DNA of 64,000 nt from Glaucostegus cemiculus (taxonomy: Eukaryota). Below the pieces are notes generated by a model. It was not told the DNA's origin. It saw nothing but the letters and a program-made list of their open reading frames with translations, and ran no database searches. The number at the start of each line of letters is the position of its first letter. The stretch's first letter is position 1. Both the position numbers and the translations under genes were made by a program. Below are positions 1-13,109 of this stretch, piece after piece. The stretch is from contig CDPCPM010000016.1 in assembly GCA_976551045.1 (NCBI GenBank), forward strand, positions 5,270,001 through 5,334,000. The letters are read 5' to 3'.

Positions 1-139
1 TCTCCCATGAATATACTCTCAACACGACAACTTACTGTATCATTAATCACCTGTTGTTAACCCTTGCAACTACTTGTGATCTCTCCATTCCCTCCATCAT
101 CCACTCCCACGATTATCATGGTGTCCCAGCCTCCTCCTT

Positions 140-2260
140 CTCAGGCAGTCTCTTGGAATTGTGGATGACTTATTTCCACTCTGGTTCTGCTGATGAGACC
201 AATATGAGTGCTGTAAATTCTGCTACAAGTGGGCAGGTGGTGGGTAATTTGGGAGCTGGGGGCACTCACTCCACAATTTACACTGGGCTACTGCCTGCTG
301 CTGCCAAATGGACTCAACATTCTCGATGCCAACCTGAGTGCTCATTCTCCATTTTGACTAGTAATGGACCAGGGATTCCACAACAGGGATGTTACAGTTT
401 TTCAAGCCTGCTTTGAGAACATCTTTGAACCTTTCCCTGATTGTGTGCAAATCTTTTGCCACGATGGAGCTTAGAATAAAGTGTATATTTAGGGAGTCCA
501 GTGTCGGTGATGCAAACATTGCGGCTTGCCCATTAGAACTGACTGAGTGTAAGTCAGGCCTTCAGTCTGACTTCAGAACATCAGTCTGGGAGAGAACATT
601 GACATTGGTTTGCTACTTCTGCCAAATGATATGGAGGGTTACATGGATAAGATAAGATCTTTATTAGTCACATGTACATCGAAACACACAGTGAAATACA
701 TCTTTTGCGTAGTGTTTTTGGGGGGCAGCCCGCAAGTGTCGCCACGCTTCCGGCACCAGCATAGCATGCCCATAACTTCCAAACCTGTACGTCTTTGGAA
801 AGTGGGAGGAAACCGGAGCACCTGGAGGAAACCCACGCAGACACGGGGAGAATGTACAAAATCCTTACAGACAGCGGCCGGATTTGAACCCGAGTCGCTG
901 GCGCTGTAAAACGTTGTGCTAACCACTATGCTACCGTGCCGGAAATAGTGTGAATGGTATCTCTCCAGTGCTTTGAAATGCGTGCTGTGGGTAGTCCATG
1001 CCTCAGAAGCTTGAGGGAGGGTAGGGATCGATAGGTTTGGGGTCTGGATCAGGTAGCTACAGGTTTTGCTGATATACTGGTGAATTTCATCATCCATGTT
1101 TGTCTTCGTTGAGAAGTAGCTCCCAAGATATGGAAAATGATCCTCATTTTCCCAGTTGTCCTTATGGATCTTCATTGACAGAGAACAGTGTTGTACAGTG
1201 AGGTAGATTTGTAGACATTAAGTCTCAGGCCCATTTTCTCAGACACCTCAGTGATTTGGAGCTCAGGTACCAAAGGTGCCAGGTGCAAACAGCATTTGCA
1301 GAGAGGAACTTGATGGCCTAAGTTGGAATAAGATGAAAATTTCCCATTTGTCCCAAGATCGGGTCTGTTGTGATTATACCTTGCATTCTATCAAGTAGCA
1401 GATGTAAGATGGCAAATTTCTGCCCGCAGCCAGTACTGAGAAGGATACTCCACAATCCCTCTCAGTTGAGGAATCAAGGGCTTTTGTAAAGTCAAAAGGC
1501 TTGATGTTGCTCTCCATGTTTCTCTTGGAGTTTTTGGGTGGTGAAGAGGAATAGCTCTTCAGGAAGAGGAGAATGCAAGCAATGATTTTCCAAGTGACCA
1601 ACTGCAAGAAGGCCCCTCTGTAATTACCACAATCAGATTTGTCCCCTTTCTTAAATATGGTCACAATTGTGGGATCCTGAGATATTTAACTTGCCCTCCA
1701 CTTCCCAGACATGGAAAATGAGGTTGTGACAACTCCTGGGTAGATATTTGTAACTGAGGTTCCTTTCCGCTAAGCTTGAGCACAGATGTTGTCTGCTCCG
1801 GAGCCCTTGTTTTTTTTGGTGATAAGTGGCCTTACCGAGTCTAGTCTGTCACTTGTAGTGGCAAAGCTGGATTTGATAGAATGCTATGGAATGGAGTCAA
1901 GGGCATTTATCCAAACACAGAGTCAGAATTGAAGAGTCCTTCAAAGTGTTCCTTACAACCGACACTGACTGTTTCTTTGTGCTTGATAAGTTCCCCTCAT
2001 TCTTAGCTCTTGGAAGGGTGGGTGCTTGGGTGTTTCAGCCAGAGACGGTCTTGACAGTGCTGAAAAATCTATGCAAGGTACCGAGCCGCCTGAGTCATTC
2101 CACCCACCATCAGTTTTTCAGGTCACGGGTTTTCCATTGGACCTCAGCCTTTGGGAACCTGTAGAACTGTTTCAATCCATTTCATGGCATGGTGGAACAT
2201 CAATTCAATTCCAGAATGCCATATATTTTCAATCAGTTAGCTCCTGGATCGCCTGCTCTT
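140..2260 (-). mobile_element. Degenerate RTE-clade LINE, interrupted by a SINE
   Basis: Minus-strand fragments TIFKKGDKSDCGNYRG...KIIACILL (1374-1664), FDFTKALDS and ENEDHFPYLGSYFSTKTNMDDEI (about 1070-1175) are RTE-type RT motifs. Many frameshifts and stops. Confidence 0.8.
646..940 (-). mobile_element. tRNA-derived SINE (V-SINE/HE1-like head) with (TCTTA)n tail
   Basis: Reverse strand begins GGCACGGTAGCATAGTGGTTAGC (A box) and includes GGTTCAAATCC (B box) and the V-type core GTGGGTTTCCTCCAGGTGCTCCGGTTTCCTCCCAC. Closely similar copies at 28040 and 34406. Confidence 0.9.
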
Positions 2261-2261
2261 A

Positions 2262-2490
2262 GTGTATCATTGGTAGCTATACTACAGTAACTTACCAAGA
2301 CTTCTTTGGTAGGACCTCCCAAATCGATGACTACCACCATCTGGAAAGATAAGCACCGTAGGTACATTGGAACATCATCACTGCCAAGTTCACTTTCAAG
2401 TCACACAACATTAGGAAAATAGTCTGTATTACCTTCTTAGGACAGCTAGGGGTAAGCAATAAATTCTGACTTAACAGCAACACCCAAAAA
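2262..2490 (+). mobile_element. Old LINE 3' end fragment (CR1/L2 group)
   Basis: ctaccaccatctggaaag...gccaagttcactttcaagtcacacaacat...aagcaataaattctg. Related text occurs at about 36130-36570 and 50730-51300. Confidence 0.45.
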
Positions 2491-5400
2491 TAAACACAGA
2501 GAAAGCATTTTTCTTTTCAAGCAAGCTTGTAAATCGAAAGATAGACGAATCTCAGTGTGTCATCTCAAAAGAGAGAGAGCAAACATTTTCTATTTCTGTC
2601 ATGACAAGTCCTGGGTAGGATAAAGGTTTCCTTCAAACCTATTTAGGAGATATCTGCCAGGGAATAGGTTTCCTTTTGGTTCAACAAGTTGTTGTGAAGG
2701 CAAGGAACATCTTGATACTCCAAGATGTTCCTTGCTCCAAGCTGTATGGAGAATTTAGGACTGAAAAATGCAGTACTAATTTCTGAACTCCTGAAATAGT
2801 TCACTTTCAAATTGTAAAATCTGGTTGAATTAATGATCAAGGATTGCCAGAGATAAGGACCCTCCAGTTTTAAAAGGCATACATATTCCTCCATTCACAG
2901 TTCCCAACCAACCTAATTCTATCAGATCAGGTTATGCCTAATTTTTTTAGAATTAAATTCCTCACGCTGTCAACTGTGGTATCATAAAGACTTCCAGTCA
3001 GGTAATTAATGATGTGTATCAGAATAAGCCAACCTGTGCCACTGAGTAGGGACATACTACAGGACTGAATTGGCATTGCAGGACAACTCAATTTCTTAAA
3101 GACAATCATTCTAAAATATGTTTTCCCTCATTGAAATTGACTACAAATTCAAACCACGTAGATTTGAACATCCAAGAAGGAGAATGATCCCTGGATGCAA
3201 TGTGAAACCAAACCAAAAGCTGTTGCTGATGTTCTTTTTCTGTTATCTCTCCAGTTGATTTTATTCAGGATAGTCTTATAAGCCATAATTTCTTACGAAA
3301 TGAGAATTTAAGTATTTGAATTGCCATCGTTGTTCCCAGATGTGAAGTGTGGGCAGGAGGATAATGTGAAAAGTCTAAACAAGTACATGCAGAACTTTAT
3401 CAGTAAACGATGCTTACAGTTCTTATATACCTTTTGCCAACAAATAAACCAAGCGTAAATGAAACAAATTGCACAGATTGTTTCAGACTATTACCTGTAC
3501 TGGTTCTTGGTACAGTGCATGCTTCCAATTTGACTGCTGTTAGTGGAAGAACGTGAAGATTTGAGCTACAAAGTATTTCTGAAGTATTGCTACAGTCCCA
3601 AATGTGTAATATATAATTCTTCAAAGTGATTAGAAAAATTAATACAGTTATTAGTTGGGCAACTATAAATTGAGTTCTCATGAGCCAAGAGGAAAAAGTA
3701 TTTTATAGCTTGAAAGAGCCAGTAGATTTTTGGTTCCATTTTTTATATTCGTATATGCTATAATTAAATTAGATGTTATTTCTTTAAGCATACTAATCAT
3801 GTGAGACCACATTTTAAAAGTGGGCTGAAACACTTGGCTTGGGGTTCGAACATTCTGTTTTGCATGTTTAGCCTGTGTTTATTCACAAGCACTGATTCAA
3901 GATGGTCTTTTTGGTGCATGCAACACAATACCGTCATTCAGAGCTCACAAACAGATTCTGTTACTAATGAAATGTTTCTGCTGTGGAACAGAAGCTAAGT
4001 GGTGTTTCAATAGTGTGACACCCGCTGCTCAAACATCACTAATGGATTCCATTAAAACAAAAAATATAAATCATTGAACTCTTGCAGGAGGAAATCACTA
4101 AGTTGCTTACTCAAAATCAAGTGCAGAAATGGGTGCAGTTGGCAGTACCATATGTTTAAGACATGCCATTGTTTAATGCTTCCCCCTTATTTTATTCTGT
4201 TTTTCTCTTTTCCACAGTTAGTTTCTTCTGAACTCCAAACTGCAATTTTGAGGTTAACCTTATGTACTCAGTTGTATACATCACGCATTTAATTTTGTTA
4301 ATTGACATGGGACTAATATTTTTTAATGATTTTTCATACTCTGATCAATAATGTAAAACAAATGTTCCACAGAGGAAACTTTTTATTGGCAAAATGCCAT
4401 TTTATAAAACACTGTAGGGAAGCAAAATCTTTAAGAGCATACTTATGGTCAAACTAACACAACACAGATTCACGACAGAGGGACAATCCCCCTTACTGTA
4501 AACTGCCTATCTTTCTTGCACAGAATTGAAATTTATTGCAACATGTTACTTCTAAAAAACAAGTTCTGTAGGGATTTTCATTGTAGCTACAGATGATGCC
4601 TGCAGTCTAAGTTTGAACAACATGGGGGCCTTTTATAGCATGGAGTTTATCTTAAACCATTCAACCTAGGAGCAGAAAAAAACAAATTAGTCACCCGTAT
4701 GAAAGTGAAAATTGTAAGATTTCTGCAATGGGCAAGTGAGCTACATGACCAGCTTGGTACCAGGCAGAAAGTTGAACATCTACCTCAGACTGTCTCGGTG
4801 ATCTTGCAGGCTGGAATAAAATAGCCTGTTAATGTCTGAGTAGATTTGGTGTGCATTAACATACTGAAATTTTATCATACATTAAGGAATTCAAACTATT
4901 TGCATTAAGACATGTTACTTGTTGAATGTTCACTGCCTCCACAATGTAACAGGTAAATTTATTAAAAGGTAAAATGAGTATAGTTCCTTAGACTATCCTA
5001 TCACCCTCTAAGAAATGTTTATTAACGTTGACAAATTGTGAAACTGATTGTTATTGTAATCGTTTTCCAAATAAAGTCATTGGGAAGATTGTATTGGTCA
5101 GTTTAATCTGCCATATACACTTATAGCACATGTTGATTGCAATTTTGTTACTCTTTGATAAAAATTGTTTGATAAACCAAATAAATTTACTAAATCTTAT
5201 AGCTTATTTTTTAAAGTATTTTTTAAGAAAAGTATGCAAGGAGCTTTGGAAATTATTTTAAGGATTCTCTTGAAAGCAAGTTTCTGTTCTTAACTAAAAA
5301 ATTAACGATTGGCAAGACATTTGTTTGGTGGCAGAAGTAATCAAAAGATTGATCTGCCGTTTACTGATAAACCACAATCTTTTGTCTATGATCAAGAATT

Positions 5401-6529
5401 TGAAGTTATAAGCAGGTTAACTCTCACAGTGACCAGCTGTCTGACAATATGGAGGAATATAGAAAAGAAGTGCAGGAAAGAAATTTAGGTGAACAGCCCA
5501 TAGTTCTTAGCCACATAGACACAAAGCCCAGGTTTGATTCAGGTTCCTTACGACAACCTAAGTTAAAAGCAGCTATTCAAATGCTACAGTGTAAATTCTG
5601 CTAAATGTGGCAGGGAACTCCATAGTTTTACAAGACTTTGCACAAAGACATTTCTTTGGCTTTCTGTTTAAAAACATATTGGCCCAGATTTTCCTGGCAA
5701 GTGCAAACAAGACAGAGGTTCCATGCTTGCTTAGTTAAACATGAAGGTCCCAAACTTGCACTTTGCTGCAATTCCCCTACATTTACACCAGAGAATCATC
5801 ACTCAGGTTAGACCTGACACAGTATCTGAAACCCCATTCATTTCAATGGGGGTTGTATATCTATGGGCATGGAAGGAGAAAGTATGAATGTTTAAATTAT
5901 TTTGGTTTGATTCAAAATGTCTATTTATAACAGTTCCTGATGTTCTTAGCTTTTTAAAAAATTATATTCCTCAATTTTCATAGCTCCAAATTATCTCAAA
6001 ATGTCAGACTTTTAAATCTCTAAAAGTTTAGACAGCCAGCATAGCTGGGCATAAGAGTCCCTCAGTGTGCCTTTGGAGGTCCTGGTAGTGCTTAGGCCAC
6101 ACTGCTGGACCCTGGCCTGCTTTAGGCCAACAGGTTAGACCCTCCACAGGTAAGTATGAGACTGGAGCAATTATTCACCAGGAGCAATTATTCCAGGCAG
6201 CAGCTGTGGGGCGCAGACCTGTATCAGCAAGACCTGACCCATAGACTTTCTAGATTACAAACTGTTGGAAGCTGCTTTGAACTATCAGAACCATTTGTTC
6301 ATATTTCTGAACATTTCTATTGTATTACCCTATAATCTCTGTTCCAATGAGAAAAAGCTGCAGCATGGATGTAATCTAATAAGTGTTTTAATGAAGATTA
6401 TGTTCTTTCCATCTATGCTAACATTTAGAATGAAATAGTTTTACTATTGTTTTTGTGATAACTTCTTATGAAATATTCTGTTTAACGTCATGATAACATG
6501 CTCATTTGACAATTCTGGTTTCTCTGCAG

Positions 6530-6612
6530 CTAATGCCATGTATATGGGAAGCCAGGAAATGGTGCAGGTTGTGCAAAGGGACGATTCCACTATAAAACGC
6601 TTTTTGAAAAAG
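6530..6612 (+). CDS. LDAH: LDAH (lipid droplet-associated hydrolase, C2orf43), penultimate coding exon
   Basis: Acceptor tttctctgcag|CT at 6529/6530 and donor AAG|gtactg at 6612/6613. Translates (A)NAMYMGSQEMVQVVQRDDSTIKRFLKK, matching human LDAH ANAAYLGGQEMMEVVKRDDETIKEHLCK as I recall it. It ends in phase 0, compatible with the exon at 22132. Confidence 0.93.
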
Positions 6613-7816
6613 GTACTGCTATTTCAAACTTGTAATCAAAATACTGCTGGCTTATTTTTGAAATCAATATTTCAAATACAGGAGGTTAAAAACATTGTTC
6701 CAAATGGATCATCCCACCAAGTTTCAGATTGCTCCAATTGTGGAGTTTTCATAGTAGGAGATTCTAGGAATAACATGGTCAGCATAAAGGTTGAATAATT
6801 CTTTAACTGCTGAGATTATTCATAAAGCTGTATGTTATAACTCAGTTAGAGGATATGCATGTCCACTGAAGGTATCTCTTAATTGTATCCATTAAATCAT
6901 TTAATGGTAGTTATGAACAGTGCTGGATAGAAAGCATATCATCTACAATATCAAGACAAAATGCAGACATTATTAGCCTATTAGGCACAAGAAATGTAGG
7001 AAACAAAGTAAGATTAATGGGTCACAGATTTTTATAATAGTTGCAACCTAAACTAAATGCAGGTTCATTTTGAACTATTTTGAAAACATAAAACACATTC
7101 CCTTCTGACAAACTCTAATCCCCCACTACCAATTAAATGTAAATTGTGTTTAATGCAGATTATGGACTGCTGGCTACAGTGAATGAAATGTTTGCATCAA
7201 AATCTTGCAATCTTTCTTCAAGGACGATATACAATCATGAGTTTTGCCATTTCTACTAACTTTTACCCTTCAGTCATCTTCTTAGGAAGTTTTTATCTGA
7301 ATTTTTATTGTTCATCAAGGTAAGCAATTTATTGCTGCCATTAAGTATCAGCAGCAAGTACTCCCAGGTCTAATAAGGCACTACTGGATGTAGCATAAAG
7401 CCCCCACCCAAAGAAAAGCTTTGACCCTGCACCCTGTTATTGGACGCCCTAAACTAGACTGCTTTCCACTTTTAGCGAGAAACTTCTGGACTTTGCTTCA
7501 TGAAGGAAATTTCAGATTTCAAACCTCTCATCACAATCAACAAGCTCACAGGCAGCCTGCCAGTTTTATTGGAACGAGGCCTGATCACAATAAGGGATTG
7601 GTCTTCCAGTCACCACATTGGGGAGGTGGAGCAAATGTTCCCTCCGTCACCCATCCACTATCAAAGCCTAACCCAGGAAATTCCAATGCAGGCAGTTACC
7701 TGGCTTTCCTTTAGATTGTACTGGTTTGAAAGTATCAAATGAGTAATCAGGTACATCTTCAGATTTTGTGTTAGCCTCTTCAATGAATTTGATTTTGTTA
7801 ATGTGTTCTAATTATT

Positions 7817-8070
7817 ATAGAACGTAGAACAATACAGCACTGGAATAGGCACTGTGTTGTGCTGAACTAATTAAACTAGTAATTAAATGTACTAATCTTG
7901 TCCCTTCTGCCTACACAAGTCCATATCCCTCCATTCTCTGCACACTCATGTGCCTATCTAAGAGCCTCTTAAACGCCTCTGTATTTGCCTCCACTACCAC
8001 CCCTGGCTGCATATTCCAGGCACCTACCACTCTCTACGTGGAAAATTTTGCTCCACTTATCTCCTTATTG
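7817..8070 (-). mobile_element. CR1 LINE 3' end
   Basis: Begins with the (ATAGAAC)n tail. tgcctatctaagagcctcttaaacgcctct...cattccaggcacctaccactctct matches the CR1 3' ends at 49403 and 36580. Confidence 0.75.
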
Positions 8071-8638
8071 TATTGTTAAACCTGAATTGTTTATTTTCAA
8101 AGTTAATAGGGATTGCTAGAAATGGCAGCTGTCAAATGGCAGCTGTCTATGCAAAGATTTGCATTGTAAGTTCATGTTGCAAGAACTATCCTTCTGCCAG
8201 GTTTGAGCACATTTAGAATAGGTTATGATCTGAAACATGACTCTGTACCTTCTCGAATTTATGGTTTAAAATCTAAAAGTGGCCCTCTGGTGCTGATTAG
8301 GTGTCACATCCCCAACATTAACTTTCTGTGTTTAATGGTGGCAGACCTATGGGTGAATTAAAAGAAATTTTTTTCCACCATTATAGCTGTTAAGACAAAC
8401 ACAGGCAACTCTGAGATAAACACATTCCTCATTGTAATTAAACAACACTGAAAGAATCTGAAAAAGTAAGACCTCCCACTAAATACAATGCTTAACATTT
8501 ATTGGACTCTATCCCAGAGAAGTTGCTATGAAAAATCATTGAAATTTGAGCACATACAACCGTTCAGCTGATTATGACAATGGTCTGACAAGTTCTTTGT
8601 CTGTGTTATCCACTATCATCACATTTCTTTACTCCTTC

Positions 8639-9020
8639 TGTCATGATTCTGAGTACTGGCCCTTGATTTGGTTCCTTGGATGCCTCGTTGTACAGCACAT
8701 GGATTCCATGCTGGACTGATTGCATAATGACACACACCTGAGCCCCATCAGGCACCTAGCATAAGTACCTGGGTTTCTGTAGCACTAGTTGCCAGAGTAT
8801 TAGTCAGCCTTTGGCTCCTAGCTGCTTAGAGTGGTTACTCTAGAACAGTCCTGTGTTCTCTAGTCCAGTTTGTGTTGGGATTACTACTCAGATCTTCGAG
8901 GCAAGATTCCTTCCAGTGTTGCCTGTGTCTGGTCCTGAGGAAGTATCCTGACTCCAGTCTTGTACCAGTGTGCTGCACTTGGGTTCTCTGTGAGCTTGCT
9001 CTTCAATCAACATTGTGACA
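8639..9020 (+). mobile_element. Solo LTR (probably Gypsy), 382 bp
   Basis: Starts TGTCA (8639) and ends TGACA (9020). Flanked by the direct repeat CCTTC at 8634-8638 and 9021-9025 (5-bp TSD). TATA-like CATAAGTA near 8760. Orientation is tentative. Confidence 0.8.
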
Positions 9021-9789
9021 CCTTCCTTATGTGCTGCAGTTATTACCTAGGTTTTAGTCTGGTGCAGGTTCTACAAGGTGAGTTGTATAAAGGGACAGCA
9101 TGCACTCATAATACTTCCAACACTGTCTGCTCAATTAAAATAGAGCTGCTCACTGTTAAGGGCATGGCATTCTGGTATTTGCCATTAGTTGTTGAGAAAA
9201 CACACCAGATGAAACTAGGGCTGGTACATCCAGATGTTAGTGAATTATTATCAAACAACCTGCCATGAAAACTTAATTTTACAGTTGTGCAGTCACATTC
9301 CTTCAGGATTTTATTATTGTTGGAGATTTAGCAGTAATGCTCATACCAAATACTACACTCAGTGCTGCCCAGATGCCAGTAAAATTTTAATGATATGAAA
9401 AAATGTAGTATTCTTTAGGCATGTAGTAATCTTTAGTTCTCTGGCATTAGATTTAGTGCAGCAGAATGGCTGCTTAATAGTTAAGCTTAAACATAAAATA
9501 TGAAAAGTTGCCTAATATGATTAAATTAAACAGGTATCATATTGAAGATCATGTTTCTTTATGCTGATGATTATAACCCTGCAAGTAACATGTATTGCAA
9601 TGTTTAAAGAGTTCAGTAACCCATTTTTCATTCTTCCAGAGTGTATGCAGGATTTCTTTATTAAATTTGATTTCAAAAATTATTGCTTGTGATAAACTTC
9701 TTTCTATTTATCCAAAAACTGTTGTCACCATGCTGACTCTCCTTGATTCTTTGTGCATCAATGTATTATTGTTGGACATGGTTATCTGA

Positions 9790-11900
9790 TCCACTTGGTA
9801 CAAGGAGTCAGTAGCATCTGTGATCAGCTAAAAGAAAGGCTCTTCAGCCAATCAGATTGAGGAATCCTTTCAGACCTTATGGATCAGTTGAAATGGCAGT
9901 TGAACTCACTGAGGAGCACACTGGAGGCAGAAAGTATGATAGATAGGAGGGGGTTACACTGCAGGTTCAGCCAGGTAGGTGACTACCAGGAGGGGCAGTC
10001 AGGCAATGCAGGAATTACCTGTGCCTATTCCCCTCTCTAACGGCTATACAATTTTGAGTACTGTTGGGGGTTAGCCTCTCAGAGGAAAGCAGCAGAAGCC
10101 AGAGCAGTGGTGCCACATCTAGTTCTGTTGTGCAGCAGGGAAGAACAAAGACTCAGTGAGCAGTAGTGATAGGGGACTTAACAGTCAGGGGGTCAGACAG
10201 TCTGCGAGCATAACTCCAGGATGCCGTGTTGCCTCTGTGGTGACAGGGTCAAGGATATTTGGGTGCAGAACATTCTGAAAGAGGAAGATGAGCAGCCACA
10301 AGTTATGGCCTATGTCAGTACTAACGACATGGTAGAGACAAGGTCCTGAAAAGGGAATTTAGGGAGTTAGGTAGAAAGTTGGAAAGCAGAATCTCTCGGG
10401 TAGTAATCTCAGGATGATTCACTTTGCCACGAGGTAGTGAGTTTAGCATTAGGAAGACAAAACAGCTGAATGCATGGCTCGGGAGCTGGGGCAGGCCTTC
10501 AGATATTTGGATAGTTGGGATCTCTTCTGGGGCAGGCTAACCTGCACAAGAAGGACAGATTTCCCTGAACTGGAGGGGGACCAATGTTCTGGTAGGGAGG
10601 TTTTCCAGTGCTGCTCAGGGTGGTTTAAACTAGAGACACGGGGGATGGCACACAAAATGGAGCAGGAGGGGAGCGAGAAGCATATGTAGTAAATGGAGCA
10701 GGCAAGTCTCATGGGCAGAGCAACCAGAGATGGGTGGGGAGGCATAAGCGGCCTGGAGGCTTAACTGTATTTACTTTAATGCAAGGAGCCTTGCAGGTAA
10801 GATGCATAAACTGAAAGCATAGATCAGCATGTGGGAATATGATATTGTGGCCATCACAGAAATGTGGCCGAGGGAAGGACAGGAATGGGCTCAGTGTTTC
10901 TAGGTATAATATTTTCAAGTGTGACGGGGGGGTGGGGAGGAGGTGTCGCAGTGGTGATCGGGGAGAGCATTACAGCAGGACTCTGGAGAATGTCCTGGAG
11001 GGATCATCAAATGAGGCTAAATGAACTTAGAAATAAGAAAGGGCGATTGCTTTGATGGGATTATACCACAGGCCTCCATATAGTCGGCATGATTTGGAAG
11101 AATAACTATGCAGACATATAAAAGGTTAAGCATTACATTTGTGGGGATTTTAATTTTCCCAATATTGACTGGGATTGCCTTAGTGTAAGGGGCCCAAATG
11201 AAGTGGAATTTGTTAAGTACATCCAGGAAGGGTTCTTACTGCTTTAAGTAGAGAGTCCTAGTAGGGAGGGAACTGTCCTAGCAAGGATGGTTGCCTAAGG
11301 ATACAAAGAGAAATGGATCAGCTGGAAAGTTGGGCAGAGTAGTTGCAAACAGAATTTAATCCAGATGAGTGTGAGGTAATGTATTTTGGGTCATCAAATA
11401 TTGGCAAGACATATATAGTAAATGGCAGTAACCCTAGAAATGTTGATGTATAGTGTGACCTTGGGATGCAAGTTCATAGCTCCCTGAAAATAATGAAATG
11501 GGTGGATAGTGAAGAAGACATTCAGCTTGTTTGCCTTCATGGTCGGGCAAATTTAGTCTTGGAGATGGGACATCATGTTGCAGCTATACATGACATTGGT
11601 AAGGCCACACTTGGAATATCATGTGCAATTCTGTTCACCACGCTAGAGAAAAGATGTGGTAGCACTGGAAAGAGTGCAGAAGATATTTACCAGGATGTTA
11701 CCTGAATTGGAGGACTTTAGTTACAAGGAGAGATTGGATAGACTATGACATTCTCAATGGAGTGCAGGAAGCTGAGAGGTGACCTTATAGAAGTTTAGAA
11801 AATTATGAGGGGCCTAGATAGGGCAGATAATCACAGTCTTTTTCACAGGGTAAGGGAGTTTAAAACTAGAGGGCATAGGTTTAAGATGAGAGGGGAAATA
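9790..11900 (+). mobile_element. Decayed, internally deleted CR1 LINE (ORF1 esterase, endonuclease, RT C-terminus)
   Basis: ORF1 SGNH-esterase-like remnants (VVIGD..VRGSDS near 10163; STND; REFRELGRKLESR). Endonuclease motifs LNCIYFNARSL (about 10761), YDIVAITE, VGDFNFPNIDWD (about 11141). Post-RT motifs EFNPDECEVMYFG and LRGDLIEV. Many stops. Confidence 0.85.
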
Positions 11901-12472
11901 GTTAATGCAAATGTAAAATTAAGTTTGCAAGACAGATTGATAATTCACTAACATCTGGATGAACTAACCCTCTGTTGAACTAGTGTGTTTTGTTGATAAC
12001 TGATGGTAAATACAGAGTGCCATGCACTTACATGGATTTCAACATCCTTTCTGTTGGTGGGATGTCGGTAGAAGTCAGTTCATGAAGACTGTAGTAATTT
12101 GGGCTGCTTTGACCAGATACTCTGCTTTACTGTGCATGTACAGATTCCAGAAATCGCCATTCAACTTGAGCATAAAAGCACTGACTGGTATTAGCTCATC
12201 ATTGTTCTAAATACAGACCCAATACCATTGTTTGTCCTGTCCTGTGCAGTGAATTTTATCAATTCTTTGGAAACAAAATGGGAAGTTTCATTTTCTCATA
12301 AATCATTCTCCAGGTTCACATTGTTCTGGACAGCAACTTTCTAGGAAGTACCTTTCAGCTGTTTGCCTGGATTGAATTTTTAAATTTTGAGTTTATTTAA
12401 ATATTTTTGTATTCTTGAATTTTTTTGTAAATCAAGTTGTACTGTAGTTTTGGAATGTTTCTGAATGTTCTA

Positions 12473-12995
12473 TCATCAGAATCAGTTTTTATTGTCACAA
12501 CCATATACATGCATAGGAGTGAGATACTGTCCTCCTCAGGTGCTCGTCCCATAAAATAACATAACAACCAACAGAGACACACATACACACTTGACAGAAT
12601 AAACATTACAAAACATTAGACATTAAAAGCTACGGAAGTTAAAATTAAATTAGTATGCAGATTAAATTAAAAATGGCCGGTAAATAAAAAATGGTTATTA
12701 AAGTGAACTGGCTGGTGTCAGGCATTTAAAGTGCTGGTGCATTTCTGTGCACCTAGCATCTCTTAGTGTTAACAAAGGAAGATGGAGGGATGAGAGAGTT
12801 TGCCGTTCTGATGGCTTGCGGAAAGAAGCTATTGTTCAGCCTGGTTGTTCTTGCCCTGATACATTTAAGCCTCCTCCCTGATGGCAAAATTGTGAAGAGG
12901 TGGTGGGAGGGGTGAGAAGGGTCAGCCATTATGCTTTTGGTCTTCCTCACACAACGGTCTTTGTATATGGAAGCGAGACACCTATGATCCACTCC
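12473..12995 (-). mobile_element. 5'-truncated Rex1/Babar-like non-LTR element
   Basis: ORF 12753-12992 SIMADPSHPSHHLFTILPSGRRLKCIRARTTRLNNSFFPQAIR is the typical C-terminus of this group. The 3' UTR ends GTGACAATAAAAACTGATTCTGATGAT. Confidence 0.75.
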
Positions 12996-13109
12996 GCAGC
13001 CCTAACTATCTTCTGGATCTTAATTGCAAAAAGTTAATACACATCCACTCTTTCCTGCTTAGTGAACTGTGATGATGAGTGTATGTAGTGTTCCTCTCTT
13101 GTTTCCTTC

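Noticed and set aside
860-940. tRNA gene
   Set aside because: The A and B boxes belong to a SINE head that continues into the V-type core and tail, and the unit is repeated at 28331, 34599 and 34945.
4195-4292. Strong acceptor-like site (ttttctcttttccacag) as another LDAH exon
   Set aside because: The downstream translation does not resemble the LDAH segment expected before ANAMYMG. Earlier LDAH exons probably lie outside the window.
5680-6250. Possible MITE (ggcccagattttcc start, ccccattcatttcaatgggg palindrome)
   Set aside because: It looks like a decayed DNA-transposon derivative, but I could not find a matching second TIR or a TSD.
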